64,000 bases of DNA from the NCBI GenBank assembly GCA_005798825.1, contig SYIL01000030.1, positions 17,798 through 81,797 of the forward strand, read 5' to 3'. The stretch comes from Bacteroidota bacterium. GTDB lineage: Bacteria; Bacteroidota; Bacteroidia; NS11-12g; UBA955. Below, in pieces: positions 30,188 to 40,031 of the stretch (positions are counted from its first letter, which is position 1; every line of letters begins with the position of its first letter). The notes beneath the pieces were generated by a model that saw only the letters and a program-made list of their open reading frames with translations, did no database searches and was not told the origin of the DNA. A program made the position numbers and the translations under genes.

Positions 30188-33100
30188 TTAATCTTTTCCA
30201 TGGCAGGCTTTAAATTTTTTGCCACTGCCACACGGACAGGGTTCATTTCGGCCAATTTTTGCTTCATGAACGATTGGCGCTTGAATTACGCGTGGCGCTT
30301 GAATTTCTGAAGGGTCTACTGATATTGATTCTAGAGGTTGGGCTATTTCTTGGCGGCTGGTTTGTGTTTTGGGTTCTATGCGTTTTTGTTGAGGCCTAGC
30401 TTCTTCCATTTCGTTGTCTTGCTGAATTCGTGCCCTAAACAACATTCCCAATACTTGTTGGTTGATGCGTTGTAACATTTTGCCAAACAAAGCAAAACTT
30501 TCAATTTTGTATATTAACAGGGGGTCTTTTTGCTCATATTGCGCATTGTATGAACTTTGTTTTAATTCATCCAATTCGCGTAAATGTTCTTTCCATTCGT
30601 CATCTAAAACTTCCAAAGTAGTTGATTTTTCAAGTTCTTGGATCATACAACGGCATTCAGTATTGAGTGCATTGTCTAGGTTTACGGTGAGCTGATAATT
30701 TTGCAATCCATCGGTCATTGGAACGATTACATTCTCGATTCGGTCTCCCTGTTTTTCTCTGATATTTTTAAATACGGGATAGGCTTTTTTACCTAAGTTT
30801 TCAGATTTCTTTTGGTAATTTAGGGTGAGATGATCAAAAAGTGTATCGACGAGAATTTCTGAATTAGAAGAATTGAATTCTGTTTCATCAAAGGGTAAGG
30901 ATTGGGCAAGTGATCGAATAAGTTCCATCTCAAGATCTTGGTATGTTCCATTTTCTTTATTTTGTTCAACGAGTTCATTACACCAGTTGTACAGCATATT
31001 TCTCAGATCAATGCTCAATCGCTCGCCAAATAGAGCACTGCTGCGCATGCGGTAAATATTTGTGCGCTGTTTGTTCATGACATCATCGTATTCCAGTAAA
31101 CGTTTGCGAATTCCGAAGTTGTTTTGCTCCATGCGCTTTTGGTTGCGCTCGATAGTTTGGGTCATCATTTTATTTTCGATAACGTCATCCTCACCATATC
31201 CAAACCGATCCATTAATTTGCTTACTCTTTCCGAACCAAAAATGCGCATTAAATCGTCTTCCAAACTCACGTAAAAACGCGAGGTTCCGGGATCGCCTTG
31301 ACGACCTGCGCGGCCTCTTAATTGCCTGTCAACCCTTCTGCTATCGTGTCGTTCTGTACCAATAATTGCCAATCCACCAAGGGCTTTTACCCCATCATCA
31401 ATTTTGATATCAGTTCCCCGACCAGCCATGTTTGTAGCAATCGTTACTGCCGATTTATAACCAGCTTCTGCAACAATTTCAGCTTCTCGTTGGTGTTGTT
31501 TTGCATTTAAAACATTGTGTTTGATACCACGAAGTTTTAACATTCTGCTGAGCAATTCACTCACTTCAACCGAAGTTGTTCCAACCAAAATTGGTCTTCC
31601 AGCGGCAGTTAAGGTAACAATTTCTTCGATAACGGCATTGTATTTGGCCCTCTTTGATTTGTATACCAAGTCTTCTTGGTCAAGTCTTGCAATCGGTCGA
31701 TTGGTCGGAATAACCATGACCCCCAATTTGTAAATATCCCATAATTCTTGGGATTCGGTTTCAGCTGTTCCGGTCATTCCTGCCAATTTGTGGTACATCC
31801 GAAAGTAATTTTGCAAGGTTATGGTGGCATAGGTTTGTGTAGCAGCTTCAACCCGAACATTTTCTTTGGCCTCAATGGCTTGGTGGAGTCCATCGGAATA
31901 TCGTCTGCCTTCCATTACACGACCTGTTTGTTCATCCACAATTTTTACCTTTCCATCGACCAAAATATATTCGACGTCTCTTTCGAAAAGTGTATAGGCT
32001 TTAAGCAATTGTTGAACCGAATGAATGCGCTCACTTTTTTCAGAAAAGTCTTGCATTAAACGGTCTTTTAATTCGAATTTGTCGGTATCATTCACGCCAA
32101 GGCGTTCGATTTCTGCCATTTCAAATCCCACATCTGGAAGCACAAAGAAATTTGGATCTGATTCTCCTTGGGTTATTAATTCGAGGCCTTTTTCGGTAAG
32201 CTCAACATTGTTTGTTTTTTCTTCAATCGTAAAATACAGGGGAATATCTGCCAAAGGCATTTCCTTTTGTTGGTCTTGAAGATAGTAATTCTCAGTTTTT
32301 GTAAGAATACTCCTTATACCTGTTTCACCCAGAAATTTAATCAGCGCTTTGTATTTGGGTAATCCACGGAATGCCCGCAAAAGTGCTAAACCACCTTCAC
32401 CTTCTTTGTGTCCGTTTTTTCCTTCAGCCAATAATTTTTTTGCTTCAACCAAAGCGGTATTTACGAATTTTTTTTGTGAGTCGACCAACTTTTCTATTCT
32501 GGGCTTCAAGGACTCAAATTGTTGTATATCCCCTTTTGGGGTGGGTCCGCTAATGATCAATGGTGTACGGGCATCGTCAATCAATACACTGTCTGCTTCA
32601 TCAATCATAGCAAAATGGTGTTTGCGTTGAACTTGTTCTTGCGGAGTATGGGCCATATTATCACGCAAATAATCAAATCCAAATTCGTTATTGGTTCCGT
32701 ATGTTATGTCGGCCAAGTAAGCATTTCGCCTTTCTTTGCTATTGGGGTGGTGATTTTCCAAGCAATCCACACTCAGTCCAAGAAAATTGTAGAGTGGGGC
32801 ATTCCATTCACTATCCCGGCGAGACAAATAATCGTTAACTGTAACCATATGCACCCCTCTTTTTCCCAATGCATTTAGGTATGCCGGGAGTGTACTCACC
32901 AGGGTTTTTCCTTCTCCAGTACCCATTTCCGAAATTTTCCCTCTATGCAATACAACACCGCCAATCAATTGAACATCATAATGTACCATATTCCATCGGA
33001 TGAGCCCACCCGCAGCAGTCCATTCATTTTTGTATGTCACTTTGCCATTTTCAATGCTGATATGCGGACAAGTTTCGGACAACAATTGATCGAGATCATT

Positions 33101-33511
33101 GGCAGTGGCCTGTAATTCGGAATTTTCAGAAAATCGACGAGAAGTTTCTTTTACCACAGCAAACGCTTCAGGCAAAAGCATATTTAATATTTCTTCTAAA
33201 TCGACATCTCGTTTTTTTTCTAATTCGTCAAGGTTTTGAAAAATGCTGTCACGAAGTTCAATATTCGATTCGTCTGTTTCGTCCAATTGTTTTTTAAAAT
33301 CGGATATGTCGTTGTCGGTTGATTGCAAATGCTGGTTAATTCTACCGATAAACTCACCTGTTTTAGACCTTAAATCATCGTTGCTCAACGAGGAATAAGA
33401 GTTGAAAAAGACGTTTATTTCAGAAATGATGGGTTCTATCTCCTTGAGTGCTTTTTCGGCTTGAGATCCACCCAGCAATTTGGAAAATGTTTTTAGAATC
33501 TTGGCAATCAT
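30188..33511 (-). CDS. secA: Preprotein translocase subunit SecA (long Bacteroidota type, with SEC-C motif)
   Basis: MGTGEGKT, FGFDYLRDNM, DEADS, MAGRGTDI, QLRGRAGRQGDPG, GRNEPCPCGSGKKFKACHG. Confidence 0.99.
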   Translation of the reverse strand: MIAKILKTFSKLLGGSQAEKALKEIEPIISEINVFFNSYSSLSNDDLRSKTGEFIGRINQHLQSTDNDISDFKKQLDETDESNIELRDSIFQNLDELEKKRDVDLEEILNMLLPEAFAVVKETSRRFSENSELQATANDLDQLLSETCPHISIENGKVTYKNEWTAAGGLIRWNMVHYDVQLIGGVVLHRGKISEMGTGEGKTLVSTLPAYLNALGKRGVHMVTVNDYLSRRDSEWNAPLYNFLGLSVDCLENHHPNSKERRNAYLADITYGTNNEFGFDYLRDNMAHTPQEQVQRKHHFAMIDEADSVLIDDARTPLIISGPTPKGDIQQFESLKPRIEKLVDSQKKFVNTALVEAKKLLAEGKNGHKEGEGGLALLRAFRGLPKYKALIKFLGETGIRSILTKTENYYLQDQQKEMPLADIPLYFTIEEKTNNVELTEKGLELITQGESDPNFFVLPDVGFEMAEIERLGVNDTDKFELKDRLMQDFSEKSERIHSVQQLLKAYTLFERDVEYILVDGKVKIVDEQTGRVMEGRRYSDGLHQAIEAKENVRVEAATQTYATITLQNYFRMYHKLAGMTGTAETESQELWDIYKLGVMVIPTNRPIARLDQEDLVYKSKRAKYNAVIEEIVTLTAAGRPILVGTTSVEVSELLSRMLKLRGIKHNVLNAKQHQREAEIVAEAGYKSAVTIATNMAGRGTDIKIDDGVKALGGLAIIGTERHDSRRVDRQLRGRAGRQGDPGTSRFYVSLEDDLMRIFGSERVSKLMDRFGYGEDDVIENKMMTQTIERNQKRMEQNNFGIRKRLLEYDDVMNKQRTNIYRMRSSALFGERLSIDLRNMLYNWCNELVEQNKENGTYQDLEMELIRSLAQSLPFDETEFNSSNSEILVDTLFDHLTLNYQKKSENLGKKAYPVFKNIREKQGDRIENVIVPMTDGLQNYQLTVNLDNALNTECRCMIQELEKSTTLEVLDDEWKEHLRELDELKQSSYNAQYEQKDPLLIYKIESFALFGKMLQRINQQVLGMLFRARIQQDNEMEEARPQQKRIEPKTQTSRQEIAQPLESISVDPSEIQAPRVIQAPIVHEAKIGRNEPCPCGSGKKFKACHGKD

Positions 33512-33545
33512 ATTATTTGTTGCGAAAATAAGCTTAATTTGTCTT

Positions 33546-33561
33546 TGCTAAAATCTTGCCA
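33546..33561 (-). promoter_or_regulatory. Candidate sigma54 (-24/-12) promoter upstream of secA
   Basis: TGGCAAGATTTTAGCA, with exact GG-N10-GC spacing. Confidence 0.45.
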
Positions 33562-33709
33562 CGCAATTAATGTGACGAAATGACCGAATTCATATGCTAA
33601 AGCCTCACGGCACGTGTTCAATATTCTTGGTGGTAAGCAGTGTAAATACTCCTTTTTACATTGTCCACACAACAGTAAACACTTTCTAATAAAGTTTGTT
33701 ATAGCTTAT

Positions 33710-36169
33710 ATGTTGCGATTTTTATTCATTGTAAATTCATTCCTGATTTTCAATTTTGGGTATTCTCAGATATTGATCAAGGGACGCGTGATTGACCAAA
33801 ATACTCGAAAACCCCTCAAAGGTGTTCTTGTTTTTCTGGATGGCTTATCTGATTCGGTAAGAAGCAATACCAATGGAGATTTTGAAATTGGCAAGGCTGA
33901 ACCAGGGTTCCATATATTGTATGCGTTGTTCGATGGTTTTAAATCTTCTTCATCGCCCGAGCAATTATTTACTTTTGACAAATCTCCATTTGTAGAAATT
34001 GAAATGGAGTCGCTTGCTTCCGAGATAGGTGAGGTTCGTATACTCAAATCTACATTGCAAACGAGAGAGGCAGAAAGTCCGGTTTCATCGCAAAAGTTAA
34101 GCATTCGTGAAATAGAACGCAATCCTGGTGGAAACCGCGATATTTCTAAAATTATTCAAAGTTTACCCGGGGTGGTTTGCATTCCAGGGTTCCGAAATGA
34201 TGTGGTCATCCGCGGTGGGGCTCCTTCAGAAAACAAATTTTATTTGGATGGTATAGAAATCCCCATTATCAATCATTTTCAGACCCAAGGTAGTACCGGC
34301 GGACCTGTTGGTATGCTCAATGTAAATTTCATTAAAGAGGTCAATTTTTATACTGGAGCATTTCCAGTAAACTTTGCCAATGGGTTGAGTAGTGTTTTGG
34401 ATTTTCGTCAAATCGATGGTAATTCCAAGAAGTCGAAATTCAGATTTTCTCTTGGAAGTAGCGATTTGGGATTTACCGCGGATGGACCGTTAGGAAAAAA
34501 GGTCTCTTATATTTTTTCTGCCAGACAGAGTTATTTACAGGGATTATTTTCTGTGTTGGGCTTGCCTTTTTTACCCAATTTTATTGATTATCAGGCCAAG
34601 GTAAAATGGAAACTCAACGAGAAAGATGACATTACTTTTTTAATGATAGGGGCAGTCGATTTTTTCAAATTAAATTTGGGAGTTAACGACAAGATTACAG
34701 ATAGTATCAAACTGAAAACCAATCAGTTTATTTTGGGTTATTTACCAGTGTATCGTCAATGGAACTACACGGTAGGGTCGGTATATACACATTATGGTCT
34801 ACAATCAAAGACCCAATTGTTCGCAAGCCGCAATATGCTCAGCAACTCATTCTATAAATACCGAAATAACGATGAGCGTGTTGAGGGCAATCGCATTTTT
34901 TCCTATTCTAGCACGGAAGAAGAGAATAGGTTTCGCATCGAAAATTTTCGCACCAAAGGATCTTGGAAATTACTGATAGGCGGGGGTTTAGAGTTTGTTC
35001 AATACTGGGTTGATAACAATGCAAAAGTGCTTGTTCCGGGTGCACCAGGATCTCCCGGTAGTAGCAAGGATATTGTATTTAAAAGCAATTTGGAACTGTT
35101 TAAATACAGTGGGTTTTTTCGAGCATACCGCTCCTTGATGGGCAATGGAACATTCAATATTTCAACCAGATTAGATGCATCCAATTATAATAAAAACATC
35201 AGAAATCCTTTAAATCAGCCTACCATTTCTGTCGGCGTGAGTTTGCCAACTCCCGTAAAAGGCATTTTTGTTAATGGTTCTCTTGGACAGTTTTTTCAGT
35301 TGCCATCCTATACTATACTAGGATATCGCAAAGGGCCTTCTAATTTTTTCCCTCCTGATCCAGCTTGGGTGCCTGGTGATTTAGAAAATAAAGACCGTGT
35401 GAAATACATCCGAAATCGAACGATTGCCCTTGGTTTGCAATCCAACCAAATAAAAGATACAAGGATAACCTTGGAGGGATTTTATAAGCAATATGCCAAT
35501 TATCCATTTGCCCTACGCGACAGCATTTGTTTGGGGAATCTGGGGACTGATTTTGCCGTATTGGGAAATGAGCCTGTGGCCTCTGTTAGTGACGGGAAAG
35601 CTTATGGAATTGAGTTTTTGGTGCAGCGCAGAAGTCGTTCTGGTCTTTATGGCATCGTAGCGTATACCTTGAGTTGGAGTGAATTCAATGATAAAAATGG
35701 AAAGTCAGTACAAAGTGCTTGGGATAGCAGACATACCCTGAGTTTGGTGGGTGGACTTAAAATGAAGCGCAATTGGGAAATAGGTGCCAAATACAGAATT
35801 GCCAGTGGACGTCCCTATACACCCGACGATATACAGCGTAGTTTGGTGCAAACCAATTGGGACATCAGGGGAACCGCATTGCCCAATTATTCTTTGCTAA
35901 ATACCCAACGTTTGAAGACCTTCACCCAATTGGATATTCGTGTAGACAAAGTATGGTATTTTAAATCATCGTCCTTAAATCTCTATTTGGATATCCAAAA
36001 TGCCTTAAATTCGGTTTACAGTGGACCACAGACCTTAATTGCAGCGCAAGATGGGGCTGGTAAATTGATAACAGATTCTTCGGCCGCAGTTCCTTCCTAT
36101 AAGAGTGAGTTTTTACCCAATAATAGTGGGTTTTTACAACCGTCTATTGGTGTAATTTGGGATTTTTAA
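33710..36169 (+). CDS. TonB-dependent receptor with an N-terminal carboxypeptidase-regulatory-like domain; start revised to ATG 33710
   Basis: Signal peptide, IKGRVID..TRKPL.G, plug IQSLPGV...VIRGG...FYLDGIEI..INHF, beta-barrel ending in F. No SusD partner nearby. Confidence 0.9.
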   Translation: MLRFLFIVNSFLIFNFGYSQILIKGRVIDQNTRKPLKGVLVFLDGLSDSVRSNTNGDFEIGKAEPGFHILYALFDGFKSSSSPEQLFTFDKSPFVEIEMESLASEIGEVRILKSTLQTREAESPVSSQKLSIREIERNPGGNRDISKIIQSLPGVVCIPGFRNDVVIRGGAPSENKFYLDGIEIPIINHFQTQGSTGGPVGMLNVNFIKEVNFYTGAFPVNFANGLSSVLDFRQIDGNSKKSKFRFSLGSSDLGFTADGPLGKKVSYIFSARQSYLQGLFSVLGLPFLPNFIDYQAKVKWKLNEKDDITFLMIGAVDFFKLNLGVNDKITDSIKLKTNQFILGYLPVYRQWNYTVGSVYTHYGLQSKTQLFASRNMLSNSFYKYRNNDERVEGNRIFSYSSTEEENRFRIENFRTKGSWKLLIGGGLEFVQYWVDNNAKVLVPGAPGSPGSSKDIVFKSNLELFKYSGFFRAYRSLMGNGTFNISTRLDASNYNKNIRNPLNQPTISVGVSLPTPVKGIFVNGSLGQFFQLPSYTILGYRKGPSNFFPPDPAWVPGDLENKDRVKYIRNRTIALGLQSNQIKDTRITLEGFYKQYANYPFALRDSICLGNLGTDFAVLGNEPVASVSDGKAYGIEFLVQRRSRSGLYGIVAYTLSWSEFNDKNGKSVQSAWDSRHTLSLVGGLKMKRNWEIGAKYRIASGRPYTPDDIQRSLVQTNWDIRGTALPNYSLLNTQRLKTFTQLDIRVDKVWYFKSSSLNLYLDIQNALNSVYSGPQTLIAAQDGAGKLITDSSAAVPSYKSEFLPNNSGFLQPSIGVIWDF

Positions 36170-36361
36170 TCGGTTTCTATACCCCAGGCAAGGTGGTCAA
36201 AGTGATGATGGAATCCTAACAATTTATTTGCCCTTGCTAATAGCATTACATATTGTCTTTCGCAAAGTTTTTGAATACGCGGCAGGGTGATACAAAATTA
36301 ATAGTCATAGGCAATCCCAACTGTGTCGGATGAATGCGTATTGTGGGGATTTTTCACTCAA

Positions 36362-36381
36362 AATCAATCAATCAATCAATC
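36362..36381. repeat. (AATC)x5 microsatellite overlapping the hemW stop codon
   Basis: aatc aatc aatc aatc aatc, read directly. Confidence 0.85.
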
Positions 36382-37496
36382 ATCATTTCAATGGTAATTG
36401 CATCACTTAAAAAACGGGCTGCCGGGTTGATCACCAAACGGTTGTTGTGAATGGAAAGACTTTGTTTTTGAATGAGTCTGTCAATGGTATTTTGTTTACT
36501 TAAAAGATAGCCAGGGTGAAGTTTTTCCAATTCATTCAAATCGGCCCCATCACTTAATCTCAATTGAGTAAGCAAATACTCATTGAATATATCTTTGCCA
36601 CTGAGAATTTCTTCTTCCCACGCAGGCAATTTTTGGTTGATTTGTTTTATGTAAGCGATATTGTTTGAAACATTCCATCGCCTACTATTACCATTAAATG
36701 AATGGGCAGCTGGCCCAATTCCCAAGTACATTTTCCCTTGCCAATAATTGCTATTGTGGATGGCTCGTTTACCATCTTTACACAGATTGCTGATTTCATA
36801 ATGATCCCAGTTATTGTGGATGGCCCAATTACGCAAATAGTTAAATTGTTGGGCTGCATGGTCATCAGCGATGGGCTGCATTTTTTTTTGATTTACCCAG
36901 TTTCCAAAAACTGTTTTTTCTTCGATTGTTAGAGCATAACAGCTAAGGTGGCTAATTTGAGTGTCAAGAATCCACTGAAGTTCAGATTGCCATTGGGGCA
37001 TAGTTTTTTTTTCAGATCCGTAAATCAGATCAAGGCTCAATTGAAAAAATCCGAGGGATTGGGCTAATAATACTGCATTTTTGGATTGCGATACAGAATG
37101 CGATCGGTTCATCCAAAGCAATTCGGAATCTTGAAGGCTTTGAACACCGATACTCAATCGTTGGATGCCCATAGATTTCCATGCAAATAAATTCTCCTTG
37201 TGAATGTCTTCGGGATTCGCTTCAAGGGTCGTTTCTGTAATACTATCCGTATTAAAATACCTGTTAATTGAATCAACAATGCGCCCAAGGAGATTTTGAG
37301 GAAGCAAGGATGGACTGCCACCTCCAAAATAAAGGGTATTTAAAGGCTGAGAAGATAAATAGGGATGATTCTGTTTTATATCTTGACAAATCGCATCCAC
37401 CATAGGTTCTATATATTTTAGCTGTGTGCTGAAATGAAAATTGCAATAATTGCAGGCTTTTCTGCAGAAAGGGATATGAATATACAATCCAGCCAT
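36372..37496 (-). CDS. hemW: Radical SAM heme chaperone HemW
   Basis: LYIHIPFCRKACNYCNF, YFGGGSPS, RLSIGVQS, YEISN, HNSNYW, YLGIGPAAHS. Confidence 0.93.
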   Translation of the reverse strand: MAGLYIHIPFCRKACNYCNFHFSTQLKYIEPMVDAICQDIKQNHPYLSSQPLNTLYFGGGSPSLLPQNLLGRIVDSINRYFNTDSITETTLEANPEDIHKENLFAWKSMGIQRLSIGVQSLQDSELLWMNRSHSVSQSKNAVLLAQSLGFFQLSLDLIYGSEKKTMPQWQSELQWILDTQISHLSCYALTIEEKTVFGNWVNQKKMQPIADDHAAQQFNYLRNWAIHNNWDHYEISNLCKDGKRAIHNSNYWQGKMYLGIGPAAHSFNGNSRRWNVSNNIAYIKQINQKLPAWEEEILSGKDIFNEYLLTQLRLSDGADLNELEKLHPGYLLSKQNTIDRLIQKQSLSIHNNRLVINPAARFLSDAITIEMMID

Positions 37497-37575
37497 GGAT
37501 TCAAAGTTCAGTCTTTTTACCTTTCAAACCATTGATTTATGAGTTGCCGGGATATCTTCTTATTTTTGCAAAGCA

Positions 37576-38622
37576 TTGCATTTTCATATATCAAATAGTA
37601 GATCTCATATTGGCGTCCATTTTTTGGTAGGGATGTTTGTGTTTTTTATTTTCTTTCAGACTGTCAATGCACAATCAAATCGGCTAGAAAGAGATACGTT
37701 AACACGCAATTCAATCAATAACAAAGAAAATATTGAAAGAAAGTCTTCAAAGCGATACATCAATGGCAAGATTTTTTCTATTGATTCATTGAAAATAAAG
37801 CCGGATTCATTTCAACATGCACTTTTTTTGAGGGGGCTCAATTTTTATGATTCCTTAAAGGCTGGACTTCTGGATCATAAAACACAGTCGATTGCTGGAC
37901 CTTATTTTAGTGATACTGTGGTATACAATTTTAATGATCCTTTCAATCCGTTTAACAATAAAGTTTTTTATCGAAAAGATCAGGGCAAATTTTGGTTCTT
38001 CGGGATGTGTCTTATTGTGTTTGTGGTTTTTATTTTTTACCGAAATGTTTATTCAAAGCAATTTCTACTCAGATGGAAAAGTGTGTACAATTCATATTTT
38101 TTTAATGAATTGATCGCAGACAATAGCGTAACAATTTTCAACCCTGGCTCAGTGGTTGTTCTGATTTTATCACAAGCAGTATTCGCAATGGGCGTAATGC
38201 TTTATTTTATTTTTAATGATTTTTTATATTTAAACAATTTTGGGGTCTTTGTAGTGTTGTATCTGCTGATGCTACTATTGGTTATAGGACTCCAGTGTAT
38301 ACAATATTTATTTACGGCGAGTCTGGGATTTGAGGTTTTATTGCGCCGACAATTGCAAAGACAATTGAATATCAATTTTATTCTGGCTTTGGTATGTTTT
38401 CCTCTTTTTTTGTTGGCGTATTATTCTGGCTATAAACTTCAGTATGTTGCCCTATCCGAACTTGTGTCATTTGTACTTGTATTCTGGATGGTTTTGCGTT
38501 CTGCCATTGTTTTCATAGGCATGTTTCAAGATCGGGAGTTAAATCCCCTCACATTTTTGTATTTTTGTACTTTCGAAATCTTGCCTTATGCTATTTTCTT
38601 CATAATTATATCACGAATCTGA
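37576..38622 (+). CDS. DUF4271-like membrane protein (start 37576 TTG or 37633 ATG)
   Basis: About 6-7 C-terminal TM helices ending FLYFCTFEILP; located before hemD; -7 box TATTTTTG at 37561-37568. Confidence 0.75.
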   Translation: MHFHISNSRSHIGVHFLVGMFVFFIFFQTVNAQSNRLERDTLTRNSINNKENIERKSSKRYINGKIFSIDSLKIKPDSFQHALFLRGLNFYDSLKAGLLDHKTQSIAGPYFSDTVVYNFNDPFNPFNNKVFYRKDQGKFWFFGMCLIVFVVFIFYRNVYSKQFLLRWKSVYNSYFFNELIADNSVTIFNPGSVVVLILSQAVFAMGVMLYFIFNDFLYLNNFGVFVVLYLLMLLLVIGLQCIQYLFTASLGFEVLLRRQLQRQLNINFILALVCFPLFLLAYYSGYKLQYVALSELVSFVLVFWMVLRSAIVFIGMFQDRELNPLTFLYFCTFEILPYAIFFIIISRI

Positions 38623-38627
38623 TTTAT

Positions 38628-39398
38628 ATGGCCTCCTTTGATACAGATCCAATCATCAGAAGTATTTTGATTACCCAGCCTCAGCCAGAGATAGGTAAAA
38701 ATATTTACGAGGAATTTGCCAAGAAATACAAACTCAAAATAGATTTTCGTCCGTTTATTCACATTGAACCAATGGCTCCGCGTGATATTCGGAGGCAAAA
38801 AATCAATTTTAATGAATATTCTGCCATTATATTCAACTCAAGGAACGCGGTAGACTATTTTTTTGCTTTGGTTTCCGAAATGAAACTTGAAATGTCGATT
38901 GAAACGAAGTATTTTTCAATCAACGAAGGGGTTTCAAATTATGTTCAAAAGTATATCGTACCTCGCAAGCGGAAAATGTTTTTTGGCAAATCTACGGAAG
39001 CCGATTTCTTGACATTGTTTAATAAAAAGCATAGTGCTGAAAAATTCCTTTTTCCTTGTTCGGATATTCGCAAGGCGACTATACCCAATCATTTTGCCAA
39101 TTTGGGTTATAGTTTTACAGAATGTGTTATCTACAATACTGTGAGTAGTGATTTAAGTGATTTGTCGGATGTTTTTTATGATGTACTGGTTTTCTTTTCT
39201 CCTGCCGATATTAAAAGTTTGTTCGATAATTTCCCCAATTTTGTTCAAAATAAGACACGGATTGCTGGATTTGGATCTAGTACACACATTGCCATTGCTG
39301 AGCACAATTTGGTTCTCGATATTGTTGCTCCGGCTCCCGGAATTACCAGTATGTTGGGTGCATTAGAAGTCTGTCTTTCGAAGACCAACGGCAAGTAA
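38628..39398 (+). CDS. hemD: Uroporphyrinogen-III synthase family (Bacteroidota HemD-like); start revised to ATG 38628
   Basis: SILITQPQP, IDFRPFIHIE, RKRKMFFG, YNTVSSDLSDL.DVFYDVLVFFSP. Confidence 0.85.
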   Translation: MASFDTDPIIRSILITQPQPEIGKNIYEEFAKKYKLKIDFRPFIHIEPMAPRDIRRQKINFNEYSAIIFNSRNAVDYFFALVSEMKLEMSIETKYFSINEGVSNYVQKYIVPRKRKMFFGKSTEADFLTLFNKKHSAEKFLFPCSDIRKATIPNHFANLGYSFTECVIYNTVSSDLSDLSDVFYDVLVFFSPADIKSLFDNFPNFVQNKTRIAGFGSSTHIAIAEHNLVLDIVAPAPGITSMLGALEVCLSKTNGK

Positions 39399-39468
39399 AC
39401 ACATCCAATGTGTAACTTTTTTTTCAATTTTCTGTTTTATTGAGTTAATTTGTGTAATAATCCTCTAA

Positions 39469-39594
39469 ATGAAAAAATCAACCATCATTATTATTGTAAG
39501 CCTTTTTTTCGGGCTAACCTTCACCCAATGTGGTATTCACAAAAAAGATCGTTGCCCTGAGGTAGGTGCAAAATCTATTTCTGTTCGGCACTAA
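39469..39594 (+). CDS. Unannotated 41-aa small lipoprotein
   Basis: MKKSTIIIIVSLFFGLTFTQC-GIHKKDRCPEVGAKSISVRH*: basic n-region, hydrophobic h-region and a Cys at position 21. Below the ORF-track size cutoff. Confidence 0.7.
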   Translation: MKKSTIIIIVSLFFGLTFTQCGIHKKDRCPEVGAKSISVRH

Positions 39595-39631
39595 ACAAGG
39601 GTTTTAAGATTTATACATTTAAAAAACCGCA

Positions 39632-39991
39632 ATGTCGCCTTATTGGTTTCAGTTAATAGCGTTAAATACGCTTCCTGATATTGTATTAAAATCTGCTGAA
39701 CGACCCCAGATTATGTTTAAACACAGCACTCGTTGCTCCATTAGTACGATGGTTCTCAATCGTTTGTTGTCTCTAAAATCTGATGTGTATTCGGCAGCCG
39801 ATTTTTATTATCTTGATTTGCTATCCCACCGAGATATATCTGCTGCTATTGCCGATACCTTTGACGTTATACATGAATCTCCTCAGATAATTGTCTTGCA
39901 CAATGGAGAGGCGATTTACGATGCCTCACACAATCAAATCAATGCCCAAGACCTTGCTGAAGTAATAAACAACTTACAGCGTGACCAATAG
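39632..39991 (+). CDS. ytxJ: Bacillithiol-system redox protein YtxJ / monothiol bacilliredoxin BrxC
   Basis: FKHSTRCSIS, YYLDLL.HR.IS..IA, HESPQ, ASH. Confidence 0.9.
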   Translation: MSPYWFQLIALNTLPDIVLKSAERPQIMFKHSTRCSISTMVLNRLLSLKSDVYSAADFYYLDLLSHRDISAAIADTFDVIHESPQIIVLHNGEAIYDASHNQINAQDLAEVINNLQRDQ

Positions 39992-40031
39992 ATAATTTAG
40001 TTGTACGATTCCTAAAGACAATACATTTATA

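Noticed and set aside
36362..36381. Phase variation of hemW through (AATC)n
   Set aside because: The repeat sits at the stop codon and supplies TGA in every frame, so copy-number changes would barely alter the protein.
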